Assembly (NCBI GenBank): GCA_965249135.1
Contig: OZ252220.1
Span: forward strand, 288,001-352,000
DNA: 64,000 bases
DNA from: Alphaproteobacteria bacterium
GTDB taxonomy: Bacteria > Pseudomonadota > Alphaproteobacteria > GCA-2746255
Direction: 5' to 3'
Shown here: in pieces, positions 31,893 through 40,341 of the stretch
Numbering within the stretch: the stretch's first letter is position 1
Layout: each line of letters opens with the position of its first letter
Notes under the pieces: model-generated
Databases searched by the model: none
Seen by the model: only the letters and a program-made list of their open reading frames with translations
Told to the model about the DNA's origin: nothing
Program-made: the position numbers and the translations under genes

Positions 31893-33346
31893 ACGCCCCC
31901 GAGACCATCATTGCGGCTCTGGAAACTGAGCTCAAGGAGACCTACCGGAGCGTCACCGAGCTTACCAACGAACTCGCACAGACCCAGGAAGAGCTTGAAT
32001 ACTTGAGTCTTTACGACTCCCTAACAGGCCTGTCGAATCGAACGCTTTTTCATGACCGACTGGATCAAGCGATCGCACTTTCACAGCGTAATAAATCTCC
32101 CTTTGCCGTGTTCATGATGGATCTCGATCGATTCAAGGAAATCAATGACACGCTGGGCCATCATTCAGGCGACCAAGTCCTTAAAAAGATAGCGGAAAGA
32201 TTAGTGGGGACATGCCGTAAATCCGATACGATCGCCCGCTTTGGCGGTGATGAATTCACGGCCATTCTACCCACCGCATTGTCCTTGGAAGGCACGGTTG
32301 CCCTTGCCGAAAAAATCATCCATGCGGTAGAGGCTCCCATCGCGCTTCATGATCGCTTTGTCGATGTTGGGATCAGCATCGGTATCACGCTTTTTCCGGA
32401 TCATGGTTTCGATGCCTCAACGCTTTGTCGTCATGCCGATCAGGCGATGTACGAGGCAAAACGTCTGAACAGTGGTTATGCCCTTTACAATCTCACCGAA
32501 AATGACCAAGCGCATCGCCGACTTCTCTATGCCAGCGAACTGCGTGAGGCCCCCAAACGAAACGAACTGAAACTCGAATATCAGCCGAAAGTTTCCCTGA
32601 AGACGGGCGAGATCGTCGGTGTCGAGGCCTTGGTGCGCTGGCATCATCCCGTTCATGGCCTTCTACCCCCCGGCGAGTTCATCCCCGCGGCAGAACGCAC
32701 CGCCGTGATCAAAACCCCGACCGAAGCGACGATCAACATGGGGCTCGAGCAAGCGGACGCTTGGCATCGAGCGGGGCTGTCCTTGCCGGTGGCGATCAAC
32801 GTATCGCCGCGTGCCCTGCATGATTGGGATCTGCCCGACCGGGTGGTAAGGCTGCTGGATCAATGGCGAGTCTCGACCGAATTTTTGATTCTGGAGATCA
32901 CCGAAGGCGCATTGATGTTAGATTTAGACCGTGTCTTGGATATCCTCACCTGCTTCGACTCCATGGGCGTTAGGATCTCGGTCGACGATTTCGGAACGGG
33001 GTTTTCATCGTTTTCCTACCTTAAAAAATTGCCCATCCATGAAATTAAGATCGATCGATCGTTCATTACGAACATCACGACCGATGCGAACGACATGGCG
33101 ATCGTGCAGTCCTTGCTTTACTTGGCGGAAAGGTTGGGGGTCACGGTCGTCGCCGAGGGGATCGAATCCCAGCAGACTCTGGATTTGCTTACCGAACTCG
33201 GCTGTGGCGTGGCCCAAGGCTACCATATCGCTCGTCCGATGCCGGCACAAAAACTGCCCGATTGGATCCGCAAATATGCCTCGAGCTTCGCAGCCGCGGC
33301 TGGCGGCAAGGAACCCCTGCCGAGACGCTCCGAGCGGGGTGCCTGA
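31889..33346 (+). CDS. Diguanylate cyclase/phosphodiesterase (coiled coil-GGDEF-EAL)
   Basis: DLDRFKEINDTLGH, RKSD I-site, GGDEF, EAL, DDFGTGFSS. Confidence 0.93.
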   Translation: MNAPETIIAALETELKETYRSVTELTNELAQTQEELEYLSLYDSLTGLSNRTLFHDRLDQAIALSQRNKSPFAVFMMDLDRFKEINDTLGHHSGDQVLKKIAERLVGTCRKSDTIARFGGDEFTAILPTALSLEGTVALAEKIIHAVEAPIALHDRFVDVGISIGITLFPDHGFDASTLCRHADQAMYEAKRLNSGYALYNLTENDQAHRRLLYASELREAPKRNELKLEYQPKVSLKTGEIVGVEALVRWHHPVHGLLPPGEFIPAAERTAVIKTPTEATINMGLEQADAWHRAGLSLPVAINVSPRALHDWDLPDRVVRLLDQWRVSTEFLILEITEGALMLDLDRVLDILTCFDSMGVRISVDDFGTGFSSFSYLKKLPIHEIKIDRSFITNITTDANDMAIVQSLLYLAERLGVTVVAEGIESQQTLDLLTELGCGVAQGYHIARPMPAQKLPDWIRKYASSFAAAAGGKEPLPRRSERGA

Positions 33347-33360
33347 AGGGCGCCGGCCGG

Positions 33361-34113
33361 CTAGACGCTGGCCTGCCAACGCGCCGGTTCCGGGTGATCC
33401 GTGAAGATGGCGCTCACCTTCCAGCCGAAAAGCGTTTTCGCGCGGTCCGGCTCGTTGACCGTATAGACCAGCACGGCGTAGCCATTCGCGACAAGAAGGG
33501 CGGTCCGGGCCTTCGTGAGAAAGGTGTTGCTGGCGTGCACGGAAACGCAGCCCCAGGCGCGTTCGCTCAATACGGCCTCGCTTGGCACCTGCGTCACGAC
33601 GAGGCCGCGTGGGAAATCGGGCACCACTTGCGCGGCGGCGCGTAGCACGGCGGGAGAATCGCTCGAGATGAGCGGCGGCGGAAGCGTAGCCGGCCAATCT
33701 TCGCGCAAGGTCGTGGCGATCGCCTGCCCGACCGTATCTTCTTCACCGGCCTCTGCCTTGATCTCGATATTCGCGGCAAGCCCAAGCTCCCCGCAAAGCG
33801 CCATAAAGGCCTCCAGCGTCGGCACCGGCTCGCCCGCGAAATCCGCTGAAAACCAAGCGCCGGCGTCAAGCTCGGCAATCGCCTCATAGGACGTTTGCGA
33901 AACGAAGCCCTTGCCGTTCGTCGTGCGATCGAGGATGGCATCGTGCATGAGCACGAGGTGTCCGGAAGCCGTCCGGCGAACGTCGACCTCGACCCAGCGG
34001 GCACCGAGTTCGCCCGCCCGGCGGATCGCGGCCAGGGTGTTCTCCGGTGCCACCCCACTTGCTCCACGATGGGCGATCACCGGTTCAAGCCAGGGCAGAG
34101 GGCCTGGGCGCAT
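33361..34113 (-). CDS. Glycerophosphodiester phosphodiesterase (UgpQ-like)
   Basis: IAHRGAS..PENTL, EVDV, HD, NIEIK. Confidence 0.92.
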   Translation of the reverse strand: MRPGPLPWLEPVIAHRGASGVAPENTLAAIRRAGELGARWVEVDVRRTASGHLVLMHDAILDRTTNGKGFVSQTSYEAIAELDAGAWFSADFAGEPVPTLEAFMALCGELGLAANIEIKAEAGEEDTVGQAIATTLREDWPATLPPPLISSDSPAVLRAAAQVVPDFPRGLVVTQVPSEAVLSERAWGCVSVHASNTFLTKARTALLVANGYAVLVYTVNEPDRAKTLFGWKVSAIFTDHPEPARWQASV

Positions 34114-34230
34114 GCATCCTCTCCCGAAAAGGGCGTCCGGATAAGCGTGGACGGCTTTTCGGTGAGACACAAGCCGTGTTCGGCGCCTGCCGGCAGATGG
34201 AGCGGCAAGCCCAAAACAAAAAATATGAGA

Positions 34231-35529
34231 TTAAGACGCCACTGCTTCCGCGACCTGCTTGCTGTCTTCGCCGAAATAGACCCCTTCCATGTTCGTGCCT
34301 TCGATGATCGCGTTCTTCATGTTGGTGTCGCGAAGATCGGCGCCGCGCAGGTCGGCATTCGTCAAATTCGCCGACGTGAGATCCGCCCCGCTCAGGTTGG
34401 TCTCCAAAAGGGCCGCGCGGGTAAGATTGGTAGGCCAGCGGCGCCCGGTCGCGATGCCGTTTTGATCCCTGAGCTCCACCGGGTAAAGCCGCGCCTTGTG
34501 AAGATTCGTGCCGCTTAAGTCCGCTTCCGAGAAGCTGGCGCCGGACAGAAGGCTTCCTTCCATGTTCGCCCCCTGAAGGCCCGCCCCGGAAAAGTCGGTC
34601 AACTCGAAAGTCCCACCATGCAGGTCGGTTTCGGAGAGATTGGTGCCTTTCAGGCTGGCACCGCTTAAATCCACACCGGCCAGATTTAGCCAGCTCAGGT
34701 CATAGCCGTCCAATATGGCCTGTTCGCCCATTTTGCCGCGGCTCTTCACCCACTTCAGGTGGTTGCCGAGGATGACATGGATCGTCTTCTTCCGGTCCGT
34801 CGGTGGCGCAGGAAGTCGCGTATTATGCACTCTTGCAAGGGCCAGAGGCACATCCACCAGGTTGGCCGTCTCCAAGTTTGCGTTCGAGAAATCCGCTCCC
34901 GTCACGTGAGTCTGGATCAGGGTGGCGCCACTGAAATTACAATTTTTAAGGTTGGCACCCCCAAGGTTCGCACCGGCAAGATTCGCGTGGTTTAGATTCG
35001 CGCCCTCGCAGTTCGCGCCCTTCATTCGGGTGCGAACCATCGTCGCGCCGGAAAAGTCGGCGCCAACCGCCGAACAGGCTTTCATGTCGGCACGCGTCAA
35101 ATTCGCGCCCTTTAATACGGCCTCGTCCAGGATCGAGCGGCCAAGATTGCTGCCGATGACCTCCCAGGTGCCCCTGCCCGTCATGACGGCGAGGCGGCCT
35201 TCCCGCAAATCCGCCCTTTCCAGGATAGCCCCGCTAAGATCGGCCTTATAGAAATTCACACCGTGCAGATCGGCGCCCGTGAAATTCGCATGCGCGAGCA
35301 TCGAATAGGAGAACTCGGCCGCGTATAGGTTCGCATTTTCGAGGTTGGCACCGCTCAAATTGCAGTTTTTAAAGGACACGCCACTCAGGTTCGCCCGGCT
35401 CAAGTTCACGCTGGAGAGATCCAGGCCGGAAAGATCCAGCTTGGAGAAGTCGGCCTGCGCGCCCTCGGGTTTGCCTTGCAGCCACTGGTCGTGTTTCCGA
35501 AGCAACCGTATGATTTCATGAGGCGTCAC
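34231..35529 (-). CDS. Pentapeptide repeat protein (copy 3)
   Basis: Long A(D/N)Lxx repeats in two modules; GTG start. Confidence 0.92.
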   Translation of the reverse strand: MTPHEIIRLLRKHDQWLQGKPEGAQADFSKLDLSGLDLSSVNLSRANLSGVSFKNCNLSGANLENANLYAAEFSYSMLAHANFTGADLHGVNFYKADLSGAILERADLREGRLAVMTGRGTWEVIGSNLGRSILDEAVLKGANLTRADMKACSAVGADFSGATMVRTRMKGANCEGANLNHANLAGANLGGANLKNCNFSGATLIQTHVTGADFSNANLETANLVDVPLALARVHNTRLPAPPTDRKKTIHVILGNHLKWVKSRGKMGEQAILDGYDLSWLNLAGVDLSGASLKGTNLSETDLHGGTFELTDFSGAGLQGANMEGSLLSGASFSEADLSGTNLHKARLYPVELRDQNGIATGRRWPTNLTRAALLETNLSGADLTSANLTNADLRGADLRDTNMKNAIIEGTNMEGVYFGEDSKQVAEAVAS

Positions 35530-35571
35530 ATTACACCCAATTGTAGGCTTGGTTATTTATGCGTTTGTCGT

Positions 35572-36851
35572 TCATGCGGCCGAATCCTCGTACTGACCCG
35601 GCCTTAATGTGGCGATATCGATGATCGCATGGGAAAAGACCACGCCATCAAGATCCGCGCCACGCAGGTTGGCATCGGTAAGATTCGCTGCCGTAAAATC
35701 GGCCCCTGCCAGGCGAGCGTCGATAAGCGTCGCGCGCGTAAGATTGGATGGCCACATGCGTCCCGTGCGTTTGCCGATGGGATCCCGAAGTTCGATCGAG
35801 ACCAATTGCGCATTGTGAAGATTTGCCCCGCTCAGGTTCGCCTCCATTAGATTGGCGCCGGCGAGCAGCGCCCCTTCGAGGTTCGCGTCCTGGAGGATGG
35901 CGTAGGAAAAGTCGGTAAGCTCGAAAATCCCGCCACTAAGATACGCCTCGGAAAGATCCGCCCCTCTGAGGCTGGCGCCGCTTAAGTCAATCCCTGCAAA
36001 CTTCCGGCCGCTTAGATCATACCCATCCAGGATCGCTCGCTGGCCGGCTCTTCCCCGGGTTTCGACCCAACGCTGATGATCCTTGAGAATGCTTTTAAGT
36101 GGTTTCGCCTGTCTCTGGAATGAAACGGGGAGCTTTGCCCCGTGCAGCTTGGCAAATTCGATCGGCGCATCCTAAAGATTTGCGGTATCGAGGGTCGCGT
36201 TCGAAAAATCGGTTCCATGAACATCGGCCCGGACAAGGGTTGCCGCGTTGAAATTACCGCCGGCGAAGTTTGCTTCCACAAGCTTTGCATCGGTAAGATT
36301 GGCTTAGCTTAGATTCGCTTTTCGCCAGTCCGCGTTGTTAAATTTGGCGTCGGTAAGGATGGCCCCGGAAAGATCGGCGTCTTTGCCCGAACTCCCGCAC
36401 AAGTCGGCCCCGGCTAAATTCACATCCGCCAGCTCGCCCTCATCGAGAACGGCATCGGTGAGATCGGCGGCAATGGACGAGGCCTTCCAATCGCCCGATT
36501 CGCTCCAGGAGGCGACGCGGCCTTCTCTTAGGTCCGCATTTTCGAGTTTGGCCCGCTTGAGGACGGCCTTGTGGAGGCTTACGCCCTGCATGTCGGCGCC
36601 CTGGAAATCCGTTGGATCAGGTTCGTGAGCGAGAGGTCTGCCGCCGGCAGATGTGCGCCTGAGAGATTAGCGCCGCTAAGGTTGCTGCGCTTGAAATTGA
36701 CGCTGCTTAGCTCGGCTTGGCTCAGATTCGAGTAAGAGAAATCCAGGCCCGAGAGGTTAAGATTCGCAAGGTTCGCCTGCACACCGCCGGTCTTGCCTTG
36801 CAGCCATCTCTCATGCTTCCGAAGAAGCCGTATGATATCTTTGGGTGACAT
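35572..36851 (-). pseudogene. Pentapeptide repeat protein (copy 2), pseudogene
   Basis: Colinear with both neighbours; frameshift near 36610, in-frame TAA at 36304-36306 and TAG at 36172-36174. Confidence 0.9.
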
Positions 36852-37148
36852 ATCGCACCTCTTGCATCCGTGTCCACGCGAAGCGATTCAATTTTTTCTG
36901 CTTAACAGGAAGAAACCTTACCCATTCCTTTTTCGCCTAACGGGAATAAACCTTAAATCGGATAGGTATTTCAATAACTTTCGATTCGGATTTATTTTGA
37001 ATTCTTTTCAAATTTAGATAAAATTTTTCCTTTCAACGGAATCATTCAACGGCACACCTCGTATGGTGCCATTTTCCACCAAGAAGAATTTAATTTTCGA
37101 AAAGTTTTATGGAAATCGGGCACGTTGCCCAATGCGGACGTCGCGAGG

Positions 37149-38477
37149 TTAGCCCGCCTTTTTTTGTCTTGCGACGTCCTCGGGTATTGTTTGTTTTGCG
37201 ACGTCCTCGATCACGCCGTTGAAGGAAATGACGTCCTTGAACTTCGCCCCCTCCATATTCGCACCGTTAATGATCGTCCGGGCCATGTTAGCGCCGCTGA
37301 GATCGGCGCCGCGCAGATCGGCCCCGGTCAGATTGGCTTCCGTCAGATCCGCCAACAAGGCTGCCCGGCTAAGATTGGTGGGCCACATCCGCCCCGTGGC
37401 GCCGCCCTTGTGGTCCCGAAGCTCGACCGAGAGAAGCCGCGCCTTGTGAAGGTTCGCGCCGGTCAGGTCCGCCTCCATCAGGTTCGTTCCCGCCATATGC
37501 GCGCCCTCCAGATTCGTGTTCTGAAGTGTCGCACGACCCAGATCGGAAAGCTCGAACGTGCAACCGCGAAGGTCCGCATGGGTCAGATCGACGCCTTTCA
37601 TGCTGGCGCCGCTTAAATCCCTACCGGCAAGGTTTAGATTGCTGAGGTCGTAGCCGTCGAAATTGGCCCGCTCGCCCACTCTTCCCCGGCTTTCGATCCA
37701 ATGCAGGTGATCGCTGAGCACCACCTTGATCGGCTTCTTTCCCTTCGGAGGCGCGATAGAAAGCTTGGCAGTTTTCGCATTCGCAAGCCCCATCTCCACA
37801 TCCATTAGGTTTGCCGTTTCGAGGTCCACATTTGAGAAATCCGTCCCCGTCACGTGGGCGCGGGCGAGGTTGGGTTCGTCGAGATTGCAGCCGGAGAGAT
37901 TTGTCTGCCCGAGATCGGCCCCGGCAAGGTTCGATTTGCTTAAATTGGCGCCCTTGAGATTCGATCCCTGAAGTTTCACGCCCACCAGCATCGCGCCGGA
38001 TAAATCGGCATCGACCGCGGAAACATTCTTCAGATTAGCGCGAGTCAGATTGGCGTTCTTCAGAATGGCTTCGTTCAGAACGGATTTGCCGAGATCGCTG
38101 CCGACGGTCTTCCAGCTACCCTTTTGACTCACATCGATCAGGCGGCCTTCCCGCAAATCGGCGCCTTCCAGATTGGCGCCAGTAAGGTCAGTTTTCGTAA
38201 GATTCGCGCCATGCAGATCGGCCTTCGCGAGGTTTGCTTTTCTCAGGATCGCTTTGGAAAGATCCGACGCATAGAGGTCGGCGCCTGCCAAATTGGCGCC
38301 GGTCAGATTGCAGTTTCTGAGTATCGCGCCATTCATGCGGGCCTTGCTCAGATTCGTATAAGAAAGATCGAGGCCCGATAGATCGGTCTGGACTAAGTTT
38401 GCGCGCTCGCCGTCGGGCCTGCCGTTCAGCCATTTCTCGTGCTTGCGAAGAAGCCGTATGATCTCATAGGGCGTCAA
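37149..38477 (-). CDS. Pentapeptide repeat protein (copy 1)
   Basis: Same architecture; TTG start with GGAGG upstream. Confidence 0.92.
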   Translation of the reverse strand: MTPYEIIRLLRKHEKWLNGRPDGERANLVQTDLSGLDLSYTNLSKARMNGAILRNCNLTGANLAGADLYASDLSKAILRKANLAKADLHGANLTKTDLTGANLEGADLREGRLIDVSQKGSWKTVGSDLGKSVLNEAILKNANLTRANLKNVSAVDADLSGAMLVGVKLQGSNLKGANLSKSNLAGADLGQTNLSGCNLDEPNLARAHVTGTDFSNVDLETANLMDVEMGLANAKTAKLSIAPPKGKKPIKVVLSDHLHWIESRGRVGERANFDGYDLSNLNLAGRDLSGASMKGVDLTHADLRGCTFELSDLGRATLQNTNLEGAHMAGTNLMEADLTGANLHKARLLSVELRDHKGGATGRMWPTNLSRAALLADLTEANLTGADLRGADLSGANMARTIINGANMEGAKFKDVISFNGVIEDVAKQTIPEDVARQKKAG

Positions 38478-38643
38478 ATGGCACCTCCCGAGAGATGGGC
38501 ATGGTCGCTCCCTCTGGCCATCGAGCCCTTGCGTATCGGTGTGTGGAAGCCGTTCCTAAGGTTTTCCATGTGCTTTCGCATGGTCGTTTGCCAGCCCTGA
38601 ATTTTGCCGAACCTCTCCGTATACAATCGATAGAATAGACGTC

Positions 38644-38671
38644 TTAAGAAAAAACTAAGGATTTTGTTAAC
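38644..38671. promoter_or_regulatory. Overlapping CtrA-box-like sites
   Basis: TTAA-N7-CTAA and TAAG-N7-TTAAC upstream of the pentapeptide cluster. Confidence 0.45.
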
Positions 38672-38741
38672 TACAGGAATCCATCGCAGAATCGCTTGAC
38701 CTTGCTGCCATTGCTTCGCTGCCATTGCCGCCGGCCGGAGC

Positions 38742-38951
38742 CTAGTCCTCGCAACAGGCGCGTGCTTCCTGGACGGGCGGGCAGGGAACGGTCCCATAGG
38801 AACAGAAGACGCAGCAATCCCCTTTCTTCGGCTTGAGAAGCGCGTCACATGTCTCGCATTCATAGAAATAGATACAGGCCTCCGTCGGCATGCTTTCGGC
38901 TTTTTCGTGCCTGCATTCCGGGCAGGTAATGACGGAAACTGTCTCAACCAT
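38742..38951 (-). CDS. GDCCVxC domain Cys-rich small protein
   Basis: ITCPEC..MPTEAC..YECETC..GDCCVFCSYG..CPP. Confidence 0.9.
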   Translation of the reverse strand: MVETVSVITCPECRHEKAESMPTEACIYFYECETCDALLKPKKGDCCVFCSYGTVPCPPVQEARACCED

Positions 38952-39145
38952 TGGGCTGTGTCCTTTTCGAATATGGCACCGAAGCCACCATTTGTCCTGA
39001 TCTTTGAGCCAACCCCACAAATCCGGCAGGATGGATGTGGCTGCCGAAATGAGAGTTCTCTTGCCCTCGATTCGCAGTTAAACCGATCGTTCTGCTTGGT
39101 TATCGGGGCGGTCCGCCTCGATTCAGTATTCGCGCGGGGAGGAAA

Positions 39146-39715
39146 ATGAAGAAATACAGCAAGCTTTTGCTCGCCCTCATTCTTGTCGGTGGGCTCGTTG
39201 GCTGCGGGCGGGCAACCCAGGTCAATATCCCAAAACCGACGGCACAGCAGGTACCGGGCGCCGCCCCGTTGGTGGAAAAGCTCTCGATGGCGGACCGGTC
39301 TACTTTTGGTAACGCCACCTTCGAATACATGTCCGACAACCTTTCAAACAAATATCACAAGTTCCCTGTCGGAGATTTTCTTCTGGGGCATTTGCTTGCC
39401 GCCATGCCGAAGGATGCGGCCGTTACCTCGACGCAGCTTCAGAAATTTTTCGGAAAGTGTCACGCAGATGGCATTTTCATGCCGGAGTCGATTTGCGATG
39501 TTTCCTTGGTGGTTACAGTGGAAGCCGGAGGTTCGAAAAATATCATCGCCGTTCGCGTCGCAGAATCGCCCGGGCCCTGGGTAAGCTCCTTCGGTTCGAA
39601 TTACGCAAAAATGACGACGGAAGGGGAGGGCCAGAAAATCCTGGTCCAGGTCAGAGTATTGTTGCGCGCGCTCGCCGATGAGTTCGCGAAGCAATACAAA
39701 GCGCGGTCGACTTAG
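39146..39715 (+). CDS. Hypothetical lipoprotein
   Basis: GGAGG RBS, lipobox LVGC; no recognised domain. Confidence 0.75.
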   Translation: MKKYSKLLLALILVGGLVGCGRATQVNIPKPTAQQVPGAAPLVEKLSMADRSTFGNATFEYMSDNLSNKYHKFPVGDFLLGHLLAAMPKDAAVTSTQLQKFFGKCHADGIFMPESICDVSLVVTVEAGGSKNIIAVRVAESPGPWVSSFGSNYAKMTTEGEGQKILVQVRVLLRALADEFAKQYKARST

Positions 39716-39840
39716 GCGTTTCCCCCTTCGAAACTTACAGTAAACTCAAGGATACGGGATACGGAACACGACCCGTCCGGTATTTCCGAGCACTTTCGTG
39801 TCTTCGGTTGAGGGACGCGAAAAAGTCCGTTAAGCTCTCC

Positions 39841-40013
39841 TTCGACGGTTCCCCGTTTCGGGGATAAGAAAGGGAACACGGTGAGGCCAAACGGGCCAAT
39901 GCCGTGGCTGCCCCCGCAACTGTAGGCGGAGGTTGCGTCCGTTGATGCCACTGGGCAACTGGGAAGGCAGGACGCAAGAACCTAATCCGCAAGTCAGGAG
40001 ACCTGCCGTCGAA
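39841..40013 (+). ncRNA. Cobalamin riboswitch
   Basis: AAAGGGAA..GGTG, GCTGCCCCCGCAACTGT, GCCACTG..GGAAGGC, B12 box AAGTCAGGAGACCTGCC. Confidence 0.95.
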
Positions 40014-40341
40014 TGTCACCAGCCGTTGGGCGGGGTTACTCCGACGGGTGCGGGTTTCCGTAGACGGTGACATGGCTTCGTTTGAAGGGTGTTGTCGGCA
40101 ACGGGAATCCGGTGCGAATGTTTTTTCCTAAAGCATCACATCTTTCGATTGAGAGGAACCGCCGGGGGTGGCGGATTCCTCTTTCTTCGCCACAGTTATT
40201 GGGGGCAGCAGACCCACCGTCGGAAGGCTTGGCAGGACCATGTTCGCCAGGCCGGAACGGAAAGGCGGGAGAACCCGGGCACCTTGCCGGGCCGGGCTCT
40301 CCCGTGAACGGGAAAACCCATTCACACAGACGGAGTCTGCA

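Noticed and set aside
34231-38477. Calling the pentapeptide genes qnr or mfpA
   Set aside because: About twice the size, different caps and loops; no specific signature recognised.
40080-40300. A complete second (tandem or antisense) cobalamin riboswitch
   Set aside because: Only fragments match; no intact core plus B12 box on either strand. Kept as an expression-platform finding.
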